From Bigelowiella natans CCMP2755 (lineage: Eukaryota; Protista; Cercozoa), in contig ADNK01001639.1 in NCBI GenBank assembly GCA_000320545.1, forward strand, positions 2,404 to 66,403: a stretch of DNA of 64,000 nucleotides, in the 5' to 3' direction. Of this stretch, positions 1 through 14,578 are shown piece after piece (the first letter of the stretch is position 1; each line of letters starts with the position of its first letter). The notes under the pieces are model-generated. The model had not been told where the DNA came from. It was given only the letters and a program-made list of their open reading frames with translations, and made no database searches. A program made the translations under genes and the position numbers.

Positions 1-620
1 TGCTGCATCCTAGCTGGCCGTCCCCGTCAATGCATGCCATGGTAGCATGTGGTACGCTGTGGCGTAAACGCTCATCTGGACTGCTGCTGATCGATTGTGG
101 CAGCCATCCCAGTGATACAGTTATTGTTGCCATGCATACAATCTAGCAATAACGCTGTTTTGTCTTTGTGCACATGCACGCATGGAGCGTATATGCCCAG
201 CTAGCCAGCGGATTATTAAGCTGGCTAGCTGGTACAATGCTGTCACTCTAACACTACATTTTAGTAGAACATGGCTACTTATTATTGTTCGACAATCCAT
301 GATAGACATGTCTATTATCTCCTGGTGCTACGCCAGCAGTCGCATGTGCACCACACGTGCACGGCTACAACCCCAAGATGTACATGTGTAGTAGCGGTTA
401 CCCACATAGCACAATTCGATTCCTATAACTTAGCTCATGCCGCATGGAGCACATCGATTATGTTGTCGATCATGCCGGACATGCATGAGTCATATCTAGT
501 AGACGAAGTGCACGCGCTGTGTGACGATGATGACCCAACGCTACTTGACTAGCCACCGCGCCATCGTCGGCATGAAGTGTGTTGCGTGTGTCTAGGCGTA
601 AATGTAGCATACAGCCGACT
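1..620. other. Partially TpA-depleted intergenic tract
   Basis: It has the same CATG/TGCA/CTAG-rich texture, but many non-CTAG TA sites remain. Confidence 0.5.
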
Positions 621-654
621 TACAGCCCCCATTCACACTGCCGGATTCTCTTCA

Positions 655-863
655 TTACATAAAAGGAGGTGTGAAAAACCAATCGGGTCCATTGTTACTG
701 CTATCTGGGCCTACCCCATCCGGAAACGGCGACGGTAGCCAATCTGGCCTCGGCACTGGCGAGAAAGGGGTGGGGTAAGGACGGCGAGGAGCAGCTGGAG
801 GGGGAATGAAGTAGGGGAACGGGAACAATGGCCGTCGAGGATTACGGCCTGCGTACGATGAAA

Positions 864-932
<69 letters not shown>

Positions 933-1311
933 GAATTAATAATAATAATCATCATCATCATCTTCTTCTTCATTTCCTATTTCATATCTACAAGCCCTCT
1001 CCCTCTTCCCCTCCCCCTCCTACTCCTCCTCACACCACCACTCTTCTTCGACGCAGTGCGTGTTACCGGGGAGGAGAGGGAAAATAGGGAGAGGAAACGA
1101 GCCTCTTGGAAGAGGAATAGAACCCCGAGACTGACGACGATTTCGCGCAGCTTCATCCGCAAGATACTGACGAAATTCCTCCTACGCAGAGGCGGTGATG
1201 GGATGAATTCAAATGCCGATTAAGTACCATCGGAAGGGACGAGGAGATGGGGAAGACGTCATTCAGGCACAGCTTCGGCTTCTTCACCAGATGTATTATG
1301 CTCTTTGCTAG

Positions 1312-1346
<35 letters not shown>

Positions 1347-2241
1347 CCATCATCCTTCTTCACACCTTCCAATCCACACTAAGACCGCTGCTTCCTCCCA
1401 ACGCCTAAACGATTCATTTTCAGGCGCGAAACGAGTATTATGTGCCGCAGTGCGGGTGATGGCGGATGGATGGCGACGAAAGCAGCAGCGACCCTGGACG
1501 ATGGTGGCATGCAAGCTCCAGAGATATAAATCGGTGATGAACATACGGGAGGTAGTTGAAGGGTTCTTCTCTCGTGTTGCCACTATCGTACGTGTATTAC
1601 ATTTCTAAGCACTGAGACTCCGAAGTGTCGTGCGAAGAGCGTTCGCCATATCGTCACCGAGCGCATCGTAAGAGAGAAGTAACGGCTGCAAGCGGATATT
1701 CATGCATTTAGAGTGTGGGTCATGTGTGTATGTGTGTGTGTGTGTGTGTTGTGCGCTTTGTGATATAAATAAATAATATATATATATATATATATATATA
1801 TTATACAGTGCTGCAGTGTTTGTTTCACACACAGCAGCGAGGCCACAGCATACAACACACGTGAGGACAGAAGTTGGGTATTATCTCGTCACCATACTGC
1901 CGACATCCTACACACTTCCTTGTATCCTGAGAAGTTAAAAATCACGACGAATCAAAACACGAAGAATAGGAGATAGCTGTGGTCATCGCTGTTTGCCGTG
2001 GTAGTCATTGACGAAGTTGTTGCTGTGTAAATGCTGAAATCAACACTGATGGTGGTTCTGATGAGATGATGCTACTAGCATAGGATGGCGCGACAACCTA
2101 GGAAATTCGTTATTTTGAAGAGAAGATGTTTGGGCAAGTAATCCATCCTGAAACTATTGGTGCAGCAGGGCAACACATCAAAGCGAACGATGACCGGCGA
2201 GCACGCACGTACGCAGCGTAATTGTGGGTATTTTGTGTTAC

Positions 2242-2272
<31 letters not shown>

Positions 2273-3685
2273 GTGCGTGCGTGCGTGTGTGGGCGAGCGA
2301 TTGTTGTTCTTCCCGATGTAGTATCCTCTTCTCCTCCTCCTTCTCTCTCTCTCTCTCTCTCTCTCTCCCCCCCCCCCAACCCCCTTTCCTTTTCCTCTCC
2401 CTCCTCACCAATAATGGTCTATATGCATGCACAGGCAGTTTTTTTCTTTTGCCCCCCCTTCTTCACGATGTTGCCCACTTCTATCAAAACACCTGTTGTT
2501 CTCGCTAAGAGTAGGAATGATAATGCCGTTTCGAACGGACGACAGGAGTGAGGGTATGGCAACTAGACTAACACTGCTGCTGCTGCTGCTGCTGTTATTG
2601 TCGCTGCCTAAATAAGCAAGAGGCAGGGCAAGGAGGACGTTTAGATAAAGGCGATGATATTCATTAGCGATTTGAACAGGTTGCATGGTGTACCATCATC
2701 CCCACCATCGACAACAACAATAATAATCATCACCAAACATCATCATCAAACATCCGCATGCGATTGCATGCTCTCCTTGATACCGTCTCTATGAGAAGAG
2801 ATGAAGGTGCTGATTTTAAGCGAGATGGTGAATGAGATACCTGGGAGTTGGAGTAAGCAAGACATTCAAAGAACAATTAATAACAGCAACAATAACAATG
2901 GCAAATTATCTCGTCGTCGTCATCATCATCATCATCATCGTTATTATCGTGAGCGAGCAGCACCTCTCGAAAGAGGCGCAACAAAAGCTGTCAAGACTAG
3001 AAGATCTCGGGAGATAAACGGCGTCATCAGCACATGCACCTTTCGACCGCCGAAATGGATGTACCTACACAGACAAGTGTTTGTGCATTGTTTAAATTAG
3101 CACAATCGCTACAGCGCAAAAGTAGCAGGAGGAGGGGCATTGCAGTCTCTCATGTTATTAGCAATGGACGAGAAGAATAATTGCCCCTCTCCTTGATCCA
3201 CCTTCCCCCCCCTCCATTTTTTACCTCAGGCGATAGCATTCAACTTCATCCTAAGCATTCACAGTAGCAGCAGAGGAAGAGGAAGGAGCAGCATCATCCC
3301 GAAAGAATATCAAGAAACAGTAATAATAACAATAATAACAATGTGCGTGGAAAGTTGTCTTAGGACTCGAAGAATGAATAATTGCACACCAATAGCTGCA
3401 GTAACATACTGCCATCCACACCGGCAACTACTTTCTCCATCCCCCTTGGGTCCCTTCTATTCTTACCGTCTCGTTCTTTCCTTGTGCGGTGTTGTCGTTG
3501 TTGTTGTTGTTGCTGCTGCTGGTGCTGCTGCTGCTGGCACTCGTTTTTCTTCGTTTTCTTGTTCTTCGCCATGCTCTTACACCGCCGTTCTCCTCGTCAA
3601 ACAGTGGTGCTAGCACCTGCAGATAGAGAGGAAGCAATCGTGTGGTACATGGTAGCTGTGTGCTGCCCTCATTACCATGTCTTCT

Positions 3686-3728
<43 letters not shown>

Positions 3729-4093
3729 CTCTTGTTCTGCTCCTCACAATGTTCAGGATCTATCGTTGTCGCGTCTATTCGCTTGTATCCAACAGCAGCG
3801 TAGTACCCCTTTGTTGTATGCTGCTCTCATCGATTTCTTCTTCTCCTCCCCCTTCTTCTCTGTCTTCTTCCGAGTCTGGTCGATTTTCATCTCTTCTTTG
3901 CCACCACCACCACCAGCATGGGAACCCTCCGTGTCTAACTGCAGCAGGGAGAATCTGGGGGGCGAAACAGCGACATAATCATGACTTATAGAGGTACAGT
4001 AGATGTGTAAGGATGATGATGATAATGATGATGACAACAAAGTAGCAGCAGTAGCAGCAGACTTACAACGACGTTTGAAGTAGTGCTAATAAC

Positions 4094-4125
<32 letters not shown>

Positions 4126-4266
4126 TAGTGGTAGCTTAGTAGTAGCAGTACCCCTCGATAGCAAATATAGCGTGAATTGAAATCGCAAGATTATCCGAGT
4201 CAATCGGCATCATCACAGCATTTTGACCTTTTTGAGGGGATTGTGGTTGTGGTGATGGTGATGGCA

Positions 4267-4305
<39 letters not shown>

Positions 4306-5169
4306 GTGAGGATGAATGGATTATGGTGATTCCGTGATAATGACGACGTTCGAAGCAAGAAATACAGTAAAATATTGCTACTATTTAGTTTAACATTTCT
4401 CCTCGCCGAGTGTGGTAAGACGAAGAACAAAAAGAACCAGCGAGCATACCCGAAAGCATCTGCTCACATCCGATCTGCATCAGCCTTTGCACAATTTATC
4501 ATCACAGAAAACCGAAGAGGGGAGAGGAATGAAAGGAGATGAAGAGGAATCGACGATGGCTACTATACTACAAATGCGAAAATTAAAATACTGCATTGGG
4601 TGAGCCAGTCAATGTGTTTGCTTTCTATATTTGCTAATATTAATACTTGAAATACACGGTGACTACAATCAGATGTCCGTCGTATACACCACCTCGAGGA
4701 GTCCATGTGCAACGAGAGGAACGACACCGCGCGCCTTATAACTGGTTCCCTTATTCGCCGTACGATTTCTTTCCTGACCTTTAGCAGGGCCTCTGCGGGG
4801 AAAAAAGCCGCGAGGCCTTCGCACACAAGAACAGAAAATTGAACAAATACGTGCTATTTCTTTTCCAAAGAATTGCTGCCCCCCCCCCCCCCCCTCCCTT
4901 CCCCCCGCCCACTATTCCTGATATATATGTTTAGGGTCATCATTATCCTACTCAATTGCTAATGCTGATGTCCTCACCTTTAGTGAATTTTGGTTGCATT
5001 GACACCTCCTCTCCTCCTCCTCCTCCTCCTCCTCCTCCTCCTCCTCCTCTCCTTTTCGAAGACGAGGGCCAAACCGAGGCGGAAATTCCCGCACGGGTGC
5101 TCGGAGTCAGCAATAAGTCCAACGCCAACTATGAAGGGGGCAGAGAAAGAGAAGAAGAGAAGACACAAG

Positions 5170-5214
<45 letters not shown>

Positions 5215-5456
5215 AGGGTGTGTGTTTAGTAATTGTTAGCGGCAACATGCCCAGGAAAGACATGGACTAATCGCTATGTGGGTTGATGAACATCACCACC
5301 ATCACTACTTTCACCTTCGCCATCATTATAATCAGCATTGTTACACGTCGGTACATTTGCATATTTATGATTACTTCCATTGAATCCACTACGGCCCGTC
5401 GGCCAGTCTCATCAGATTCTATCTCCCAAATCTCTTCTTCGGCACTCTCGTTCTCG

Positions 5457-5493
<37 letters not shown>

Positions 5494-7162
5494 GCTGTAG
5501 TGGCTTTGCAGCCGCGGAACGTGATGGCGATGACGACGATGGCGACGACAATGAAGATGGCGTTGTCGTGGATCCTGCTCCTCTCCTTCTTCGCCCAGAG
5601 GGACGGTGAAGAGCCGTGATTATTACCACTGAACTTCCAATCGCCACCAGCTTAGCTTGGACCCTTCAGAAGTAAGCATGATGATGATGATGGTAATGAA
5701 GATTGTGTGCGTAATATGATACTCGCTCTCAGCCGAAAGAAACAGAACTCACAGAGGAGGTGTGTATCTTTGCTGTAACGCAGTAGTAAAAAAACATGAT
5801 CTAGCAGCTGAGTCTTTTCTGTTCGCGAGAAGACGCTTCTATCTCCATTCATTTTCATCATCATCATCATCATCATACGTCACAAACCACACTTATTTTT
5901 CTTCCTCCTCTTCTTCTTCGTATACCTCAATGGGAATATATCTTTCATACTGTACGTCTTTCTGAGCATGCCCTAGTGACAAGGAGGAGCGTTATAGCCA
6001 TTTCATAAATACGAGTTAATCGCCCCACTGCCAACGCTCCATTGATAGAAATCATGCAAGAACAAGATTGAACGCCTAACCCCCCCCCCCCCTCCTCCCT
6101 CAATTTTAAAAAAAAGGGGGGAAAAAAAAATTTTCTCCCCCCCCCCCCCCCCCCCCCCCCCCTCCTTTCCCTAAAAAATATAAAATAAACCAGCGTATTA
6201 TGCGTCGAATGTTTCAGGTGGAACTTTCATGTTGTTATATTACCAACCGCCCCTGGAATGACTCAGATATCTCTTCAAATCTTTGGTGATGATGATTGCA
6301 TTCCGACCACGGTAATGGAATGGGAGGGGGGGGGGGAAGCAGGAAGACATGAGCATATTGCACTACCACACTTTAGAAATTGAGCACTACTATGAAGAAC
6401 AACATCAAATAATACGCAGTTGCAGAGGCCACACTTTGAGCGTATGTAAAAGTCATGCATGCCAGATGATACAGCAGCACACAACATCTAAAGCAGAAGG
6501 AAAGATTCGGTTGATGCAGAGGTCACATCGAGAGTCATGATAACTACAAAGGCATGCACAACGCCTAAAAGAAACACTTCTCTGACACGAATGCACAAAA
6601 AGCTATCAGTCGGTACCCCAATGAAGCAAACACGGCGTCGCAGCCCCAGAGCGCCTGATTGTTTTTGTGTACCGTCCATTATTGTAGTAGCCGTGGTGCG
6701 CGGAGGGGCGGAGGGGGAGGGCGGGGTTGCAGAGAGCGACAGAGAGGTAGAAAACGAGTGGCAGAGAAATATCCGCATCTTCACCGCTCATGCACTCCTC
6801 TACTATCACAACGACTATCACCACCACTACTACTACAACTACTTCTTCTACTACTACCAAATGCGTCGCCGATTGTATGATTGGCCTCGTCGTGTCGTAG
6901 AGCTTCCTCACGAACTCGGACAAGTCCTTGGCGCCAACCGCTGCTGGTATATGGCGAGTGTCATTTGTTTAGGCCGTTCTTGTTGCAGCGGAATACGAGT
7001 ATCGAGCGAATGGGGAGGAGAAGGGGGGAGGGGAAGCAGGAAACACGCAGGACAATGGCCATGGCCGACACAAATGCGGTGATTATGCTACGCGTCCTTT
7101 GTTTACTCCTCCCACAAAAGAGAGAGGTGTAGTAATAAAGCGGAGAGATAGATAGACTAAGT

Positions 7163-7207
<45 letters not shown>

Positions 7208-8855
7208 GCGATGATTATGGACGGTGAAATAGTACACTGGACGTGCATTACACCTAGATCTGTAGATGAGATTGCCTTTGATGATGATGATGATGCCTTT
7301 TCCCCTACAGCCGTATCCTTTCGCTTTTCCTCCTTCTCCTCCTTCGGCACTGTCATCGTCTCTTTCCTCTTCTCCTCCTCCTTCTTCGTCGTCCTAGCTG
7401 TCATGGAGTCCACTAGAATAGCGACTGCTGCATCAACCTCACCATTCGAAGCTTCCAAGCATGCTAAGTTCGCTCTGCGTACGATTATTTGTGCGGGCGT
7501 GCAATGTGTTAGAAGAAGAAGAAGAAGAAGAAGAAGAAGGCGAGTGTGCAATGAGACTGATCCTCATTCATCATCATCATCAGTAGGAAGTTGTATTTAC
7601 CCCCCCTGCTAGTTAATCAGAATCTGGCATCACCTGCGGAAGAACACCTAGTCTACTGCTGCCCTACCCTTTCTATATATGGCAACAGAAACCGCAATTT
7701 CTCCCCTCGGAAATCCCCTACATTTTCACCAGTTCTTTCAGAGAGCACGAATTACTTTGGATCGGAGAAGCCCATGCTCGCAAGCGCGGCAAGTTGCCTG
7801 GCATATTTCCCGGTTGAATGTTGAGTTCTGACGTCTTGCGTTCCTCCTCGACGGCCATGCTTGGAATCACCTATGTTTTGGCTGCTGCTGCTGCCGCCAC
7901 GACTCCCCTTGCCTTCGCGGTTGCCTTGTGACGACGTTAAGATCCTTGATGTAGTATGAATATTTTGGGAAATTAGCGTGCATGATGTTTTCTCTAGAAA
8001 AAAGAGTGTGGATAGAGCAAGCAATATCCACTTTATGTCCCCCCTTGTTGTCGCATGCTTGCTTAGAAGTACAGTTGAGTGCCGCGAAGATATAATAATC
8101 TTTCCAGAGCGAAGTGAAAGAGGAAGGAAGAAATACTACACGATCATGAATCAACACGTTCAGTACCCATCGTCCTGATACGGGTTGAAGACCTCGTCCT
8201 GGAAGAAGAATCATGCCAACTTTAAGGTTATGCTGTTTGCTGCAATCTTCGTATGTGGTTGTGAGGATGTGTTGGGGTTAGGGGAGCAGAAAGTGCGCAG
8301 CCAACATAGCTGATGATCTCGTAGTACCGATTCTAGTGGGTTGTCATCCGGGTTGAAGCCTGGGGGCGGCACCTGCTTTCCACATATGTGCGTGCGTGCT
8401 TGTGCGTGGTCCCATTTTTTTTAATTCGAACTCGATTGCATTTTCAACCGTCTACTGTTGTACTTCTGCAGCCAACACAAGTGCATCCGCGGCGGTGGTG
8501 TATGGCGTATCGTGCCTGAAGATTACCTGTCTTAGTGAGTCCGGGTTAGCAAGCTTGGTCTTCTTTGCCCGGTTGTAAAGCACTCGGAAGCGGCCATCTA
8601 TTCACAAAACAGAGAAGAAGGTTCAAAGAAAAACATAAATGATGAACGGTGCGGGTATCATGATCAGATGTCTTCCTCTATAGCCCAATCTCCGCCCCCT
8701 CCATGTAACATTCCTGGTTGAACGAAACACTTTCGGAAATGCGTGGAGGTAGTACAGGCACGAGAAATCTATGCACTCTTTGGTAGGGTCGACACATACG
8801 TAATCTAATAATACACGAGGTATGTATTTGTGTGCGTGTGGGGGAGAGAGAGAAG

Positions 8856-8902
<47 letters not shown>

Positions 8903-9132
8903 AAGAGCACCCTCGAGGACTTCGATGATCTGCCCGTCGTCATACCATCGCTGAGTTTATTGGAAGATGCAAAAGTCTGAGGATTCTCACAACTTGATTC
9001 AATGAGAAGAGACGACAAATAGAGACGTCGAATACAGTACAGAAAATCTCAGACCTTCTTCTTTTTGTTGAAAACAGAGACGCGATCGCCTTCCTTCCAT
9101 GTCGGAACTGTGTCCTCTTTTTCGTCTGCCAT
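655..9132 (-). CDS. Multi-exon FBXO7-like F-box protein: Tudor/Agenet-like N-terminus, UBA, two PI31_N/FP-like domains, F-box, Pro-rich tail
   Basis: Manually spliced GT-AG exons give MADEKEDTVPTWKEGDRVSVFNKKKK/RWYDDGQIIEVLE/DGRFRVLYNR (Tudor-like; ATG at 9132) and KYARQLAALASMGFSDPK/ANLACLEASNGEVDAAVAIL (ubiquilin-type UBA, 7.4-7.8 kb). They also give LLLRYSKDTHLL/WVQAKLVAIGSSVVIITAL (5.6-5.8 kb) and YRLR/YIHFGGRKVHVLMTPFISRDLLVLTAF (3.0-3.25 kb), both PI31_N-like. The F-box is MDYLPKHLLFKITNFL/GYKEVCRMSAV/CRYFSLTMRSVTIWRTLFARHFG (1.6-2.15 kb), and the last exon is Pro-rich, ending PDWFFTPPFM* at 655. Linker exons at 3.3-4.6 and 6-7 kb are unresolved. Confidence 0.75.
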
Positions 9133-9393
9133 TTTTCTTCCCACCGGCGGCTGCCTGATACTAGTAGCTGGTGACGATTCGTACTCGCAAAGGGTTAGCT
9201 ACCAAATAGCGTGGAATCTGCGGTGATTTAATCCACAGCTCTCTCAATGTAGGTCGAAGGAGAGCTTTGAAGTGTGCTCGGAAGTCCTTGTTCTCATGCA
9301 CTTCCGTTCTGTTCTTGTTCTAATTCTCCTTTTAGATAAATTCTATTCCCTATCATATCCTATGCATACGCTACATTTTAAATCAAACATTCG

Positions 9394-10148
9394 ATGTTTC
9401 TACAAAAACAACCGAAGGACGACCTAATGAGAGCGAACTCCGCTAGGATGTTTTCAGCTTGCTTTCTGGTCTTTCTCTTTTTCGTATGGTAATGACTCAA
9501 GAATACCTGTCGTATTCGAGAAACGCCCTGTGTCTCTCTTAGAAATCGGAATCAAAATTCGGATTGGAATCTTCGGCTCGGCCCCCCCTGATATTTTGAC
9601 ACGAGCGCATCTGCCCTTCCCAGCTTAGAGCACATCGATCATGTCATATCTTATACTCAAGAAGCAAAAAGAGAAGGGCTCCCTCGACATTATGTTGCAG
9701 GGAATTGTGCCGCCCAAACTGGTCAAGGCGATACAGGTTTTATGGCATGCTGGCCATCTCGTTTATGCCTCCCCATCTCACACACAACATCTTCATCACC
9801 AAATAGATTCGCCTAGCAAAATTCAAGCAGAACTTCAAAGCGCTAGCTCCTATGATACCGATGCTTCGAGTGGAGAAAGGATACTGGTACACCCGTGCAT
9901 ACATGTACAAGAATTGACCCTGTGTTGTTTTCGAAAAGGATGATTTCCTCATGACGGGTCGATTTTTTCAAAACTAATTGTCAGGTGCTTTAAGTCCCAA
10001 GTCCCTGCCTTCCACCATGGGAACATCGTCATATCTTGTTTCCTCGAGGCTGTGGAGGAATGCGGCTTCAAGCCACTCAGCTCTTACGAGTAGTGCTGTA
10101 GTAGCCTTAGCTACAGAAATTGCTATTTTAAGACACACGCTATAAAAG

Positions 10149-10190
<42 letters not shown>

Positions 10191-10197
10191 TTTATGT

Positions 10198-10244
<47 letters not shown>

Positions 10245-11716
10245 GAGAGGGAGAGTAACTAACATCGGCTCGTATGTTCTTGAATATCCTAGTGCACCAT
10301 CGATCTCGCATATAACATATTCGCAACGATATAATACGATATCAGCGTGGCCACCAAGTTCGTTCCTAGCGATTGTACCCTGTTCAAGACGGAGGAAAAG
10401 GCTAGGAAACAAACACAATAATGCAAAATAATAGTGATATCACTAACGTTTCCTCTCGCTCAGAATCTCACACATTGCATCCCTGAAGGGGTGGGCGAAG
10501 AAGTTGGAGGAGATTTCAAGGAAGTTAGTCTTTACATCGTAACGAGATCCTCTACTTTCGAAAGTAAACTTATTCCTGCAACACCCCCCCCCTCTCGATC
10601 GTCCTTTGTAGGCGAAACTCAATCCCATCAGTTCTGTAGAGCTGAAGCCGGAAACGACTATTCCTCTTGCTGGGGTAAGCGTTGTTGAGAACAAAAAGCA
10701 CAAGAGCAGCACGCATGATCGTCGGGGAAGAAAATCCCCATGCAGTATAGAGGGAGGAGGAGGAGGAGAAGTAGTAGTAGACTCTGCAGTAGCGCACCCA
10801 GTACTGAGACTCATGTTGCAATTATGAAATGTTTGCAGTTGGTGGAGATGAGTGAAGGGAAAATTGTCTTTGGCGTAGGATGGGGCCAGGTTGTTCGACG
10901 AGATCTCTAAAATCGTTACTTAGCACATCGTCATTATCATTATCGTCGCACCCACCTTAACCATCATCACACAAGCAACGAGTTATACGCAACATATTTT
11001 CCAAAGACGCGGGAGCGGGAGTCGACTACCGTATTTTAAAATTTATTCTCCAACTTGAAGCCTTCCCATGAGACACATCGCCGACGATTGTAGAGCAGCA
11101 CAGAATGCTGCCATCGTTGTCTTTTCCTAGAAGAGCCACAACCATTCCATCAAGCGAACTTCCATTTGCCGTCATCATACGTCCGTACCATGATAGGCCC
11201 CGGACAAGACAGCGAAGATGCTGGGCTTGTCGCATAACGTGGACATCGATTTGGTGGGTGCTTCTGCTTCTGCTGCTGCTTCTGCTGCTATTACTACAGC
11301 AGGACTATGATCCTACACTACCTTACTTCCACCTCCCTGACCGTTTTGTTGTTGTCTTCTCTCCCCCCCTCCTCCTCCTTTCGTGCTGATGATTAGATTC
11401 TTTACGTGTGCAACAAATACGGTGAGGTAATCAAGCTTCTCTCGCCCAAGGTCGGAGGCATCGATGATGCTGCTTGATGATGATGATGCTGCTGCGTAGG
11501 AAATGAAATAGACTGGCCTGCTTTTGCTGAAAGAAGAAGAAGAAGAGGAGGATTAGCGAAATACATAGAAATGCGCACGCAGTGCACACGCACACACAAC
11601 ACACCCCCACACACACACGCACGCCCACATACACACACTATAACCTCATGTGCAGGGCGAGCGCCAGCTGAACAAAAAGGGGCGCGCAGGAGGGGTAAAA
11701 TTATATGTGTCCTTAT

Positions 11717-11753
<37 letters not shown>

Positions 11754-12100
11754 TGATGATTTTAATGGTTAACTTGACGTATTGCTGTTTTATGTTATTT
11801 TCTCATTCATAATACGCCTATACCATCTCACCGCCGCAACAAAAAACATGTACAGTATTGCCATCATGATCATCATCATGATCATCATCATCGTCATCAT
11901 CGTCATCATCACCATCATCATCATCATGGTCCAACACTTCTGCTCATAAGGTTAACCGGTACGGAGGAGTAATGGTAAGTCTCGACTGTCGCGAAGGCGA
12001 GAGGGAATGGGACGACGAAAGGTCATAACAGCACAAGTAGAAGTAGTGCTAGTAGTAGTAGTAGTAGCATATGTATAATAATACGATGCCGACACACTCA

Positions 12101-12143
<43 letters not shown>

Positions 12144-12533
12144 ACACACACACAAACACACTGATGGTGGTGGTGATCTGTAATGCTTTCAGATTTGTCT
12201 TTGAGCCAGCAAAGCTGCCCCCTTACGTCCACTCCGTGGTAGGTGCTAGGCTTGCTGATATTGTTGCAATGACTTCCCACGCAAAACACCCGTGTAGTGT
12301 ATTAATGCTTTCTGGACAAAATGCAGGTGATTTGTCTTCAAATCCAATCCGGAGCGCGTTCCTTCAGGGAGGTATTCGATGTCCACTTGAGGTACGCGAA
12401 CGCGGACGCGGACGAATCAAATATAGATGCGATTATATTATATTTGTAATAAAAACATTAATGGAGGGGAGAGACTCGCTGCCCCTGTCAAAGCGGCGCC
12501 CGTCGTAATGACCATTTTCGTTCACCGCTCATT

Positions 12534-12569
<36 letters not shown>

Positions 12570-13627
12570 GTGTTAGCTTATTGTTGTATTCGGGGTGATT
12601 ATTTTGTGCCAGATTGCTGGATACCAGTATGGCAGGTATTTTGAAGGAAAATATCGAGGAGGAACAGAAGGGGAAACTAAATCGTTCATCGCACTATTAG
12701 CTATCAGAACTATGACAAATATTAACAAATCCATGCGGTGACTTTTGCCAGGCATTGAGAACGAGCACTGCGCTTTCCATCTCGATCCAACTCGCGAGGT
12801 CCTTCAAGACAAAACGATACACCAACGACTTCTTCTTCTTCCTCTTCTTCTTCTTCTTCTTCTACTACTACTACTACTATTTCCGCTGCTTACTTTCGAC
12901 TACTGATCATAACAACAAACATTTCCTCTTGATTCAATAAGAAAAACCGTGTAGGTGTTACCTTCCTTCGTTCTACGATATACTACTTTCTGCTGCTTCA
13001 TCAACTCTACCACCACCACCACCACCACCACCACCACCACCACCATCATCACCTTTTTTGTAATATTTGCCTTAGAATCTAACGAACAAGGGAACTGCCG
13101 CTATTATGGGGCGATTGATTCGTTCATCGCAGCAAGATGGAGGGGGGTTTGCCTTCCAAACGCTCGGTCGTGTATGCCGTGTCGCAGAGCAATCGTTGAA
13201 GGTAGATAGAGACAGCTTCCCGCACAGCACAGCATGATAGCAATTAAGATAGAATGAATGGTATTTGCGTACTTTTGTCGTTTCCTGCCGCGCAGATTGG
13301 AACCTACCCCAACTTGCCGTCGCACGTGGTTCTCAACAAGTTTCGAGTCAGCATACCCGCTACTGACGCAAAGGTGCCGCTATTATCATCATCATCATCG
13401 TCGTCATCATCATCATCGCCAACACCACTCGCAACAACCAACATGCAGCTGCAATTCAAAGTCACGCAACATCGTATCTCATGATATCGATATTTTCTTC
13501 ATGTATGGATGGCAGGGCCTGACCAAGACGAGCAAGCAGGGCTATACAGATCCTTACCTCAAAGTTTTCATCGAATACTGGGTAGTAGTCGTCGTAGTAG
13601 CAGTAGAAGTAGTAGTAGCAGTATTCG

Positions 13628-13659
<32 letters not shown>

Positions 13660-14540
13660 TAAGATGGTGAAAAATAGCAGTTATGCAGGAGAAAATTGAA
13701 AACTAAAGGGAATTGCACGCGGCGCCAGCTAACATGGACAGCTGCCATCTTTTCCCCTGCCGTAGGTGAAAGCGTCGAAGCTTCCAACCACCGCTCAGAT
13801 GAAGGGCCACTGGAGGAAATCGCATCATGGGCTTGTGCTGAAGCAAGGAGGACGAAGCGGTGACGTCATCGTCAAGCACGTTATCGACGGTACTACTGCT
13901 TAAATATATCACTAGTGAGCGATAGAGGGAGATAGTGATGATCATCTCGTGATTCGAAGAGGTTTTCCAATCCCCTCCCTTATTCTCTCCTCTCCTTTCT
14001 CCTAGCTCCTTCATCTCCCCCCCCCCCCCCGCCCCTGGATGAATGTCTAATGTATTGCCGCTGCTTCTACGACAACAACACTACTGCCTTCTGCCGTAAT
14101 CATTGCTCGATATCATTAGACACACCTGCAAAGATAGCAGGCTTTCAAGAGGGGGATCTCGTCTTGAAGATGTTGGGCAGACACCCGACGAATGCGCTTG
14201 CGGTAGTGAGATTGTTGTGACGGGGTTGTGGTGGATTACGCCAGGCTTGAGCATGCTTGTGACTTTGAGGATGCATGCGGCTTTGAGAGAAATTAGCCTT
14301 CTGCTCTGCTGCTTTCTCGAACGCGACATGTCCAATGTAGGGGCCAATCAGACAATGTGGTTGTGAAAAAGTCAGGAAGAGAGGAAGGGAAAGAGAGATG
14401 TGAGAACGCCTAGCTATGATCCTGTCGCAATCCTCTCCATCATCATGATTGTGTACATAAAATCAAAAACTGACATCGATAATTCATGGCCAGATGACAC
14501 AATCCCTCGACCGTATGGATCATAAAAAGCCGGTCGAATA

Positions 14541-14578
<38 letters not shown>

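Noticed and set aside
3341-5619. Plus-strand ORFs with poly-Cys/Leu/Pro (e.g. 3382..3978, 4956..5270)
   Set aside because: These are antisense shadows of microsatellites and of exons of the minus-strand F-box gene.
6079-6190. Poly-C/A/G/T block
   Set aside because: It looks like low-quality sequence following homopolymers inside an intron, not a functional element.
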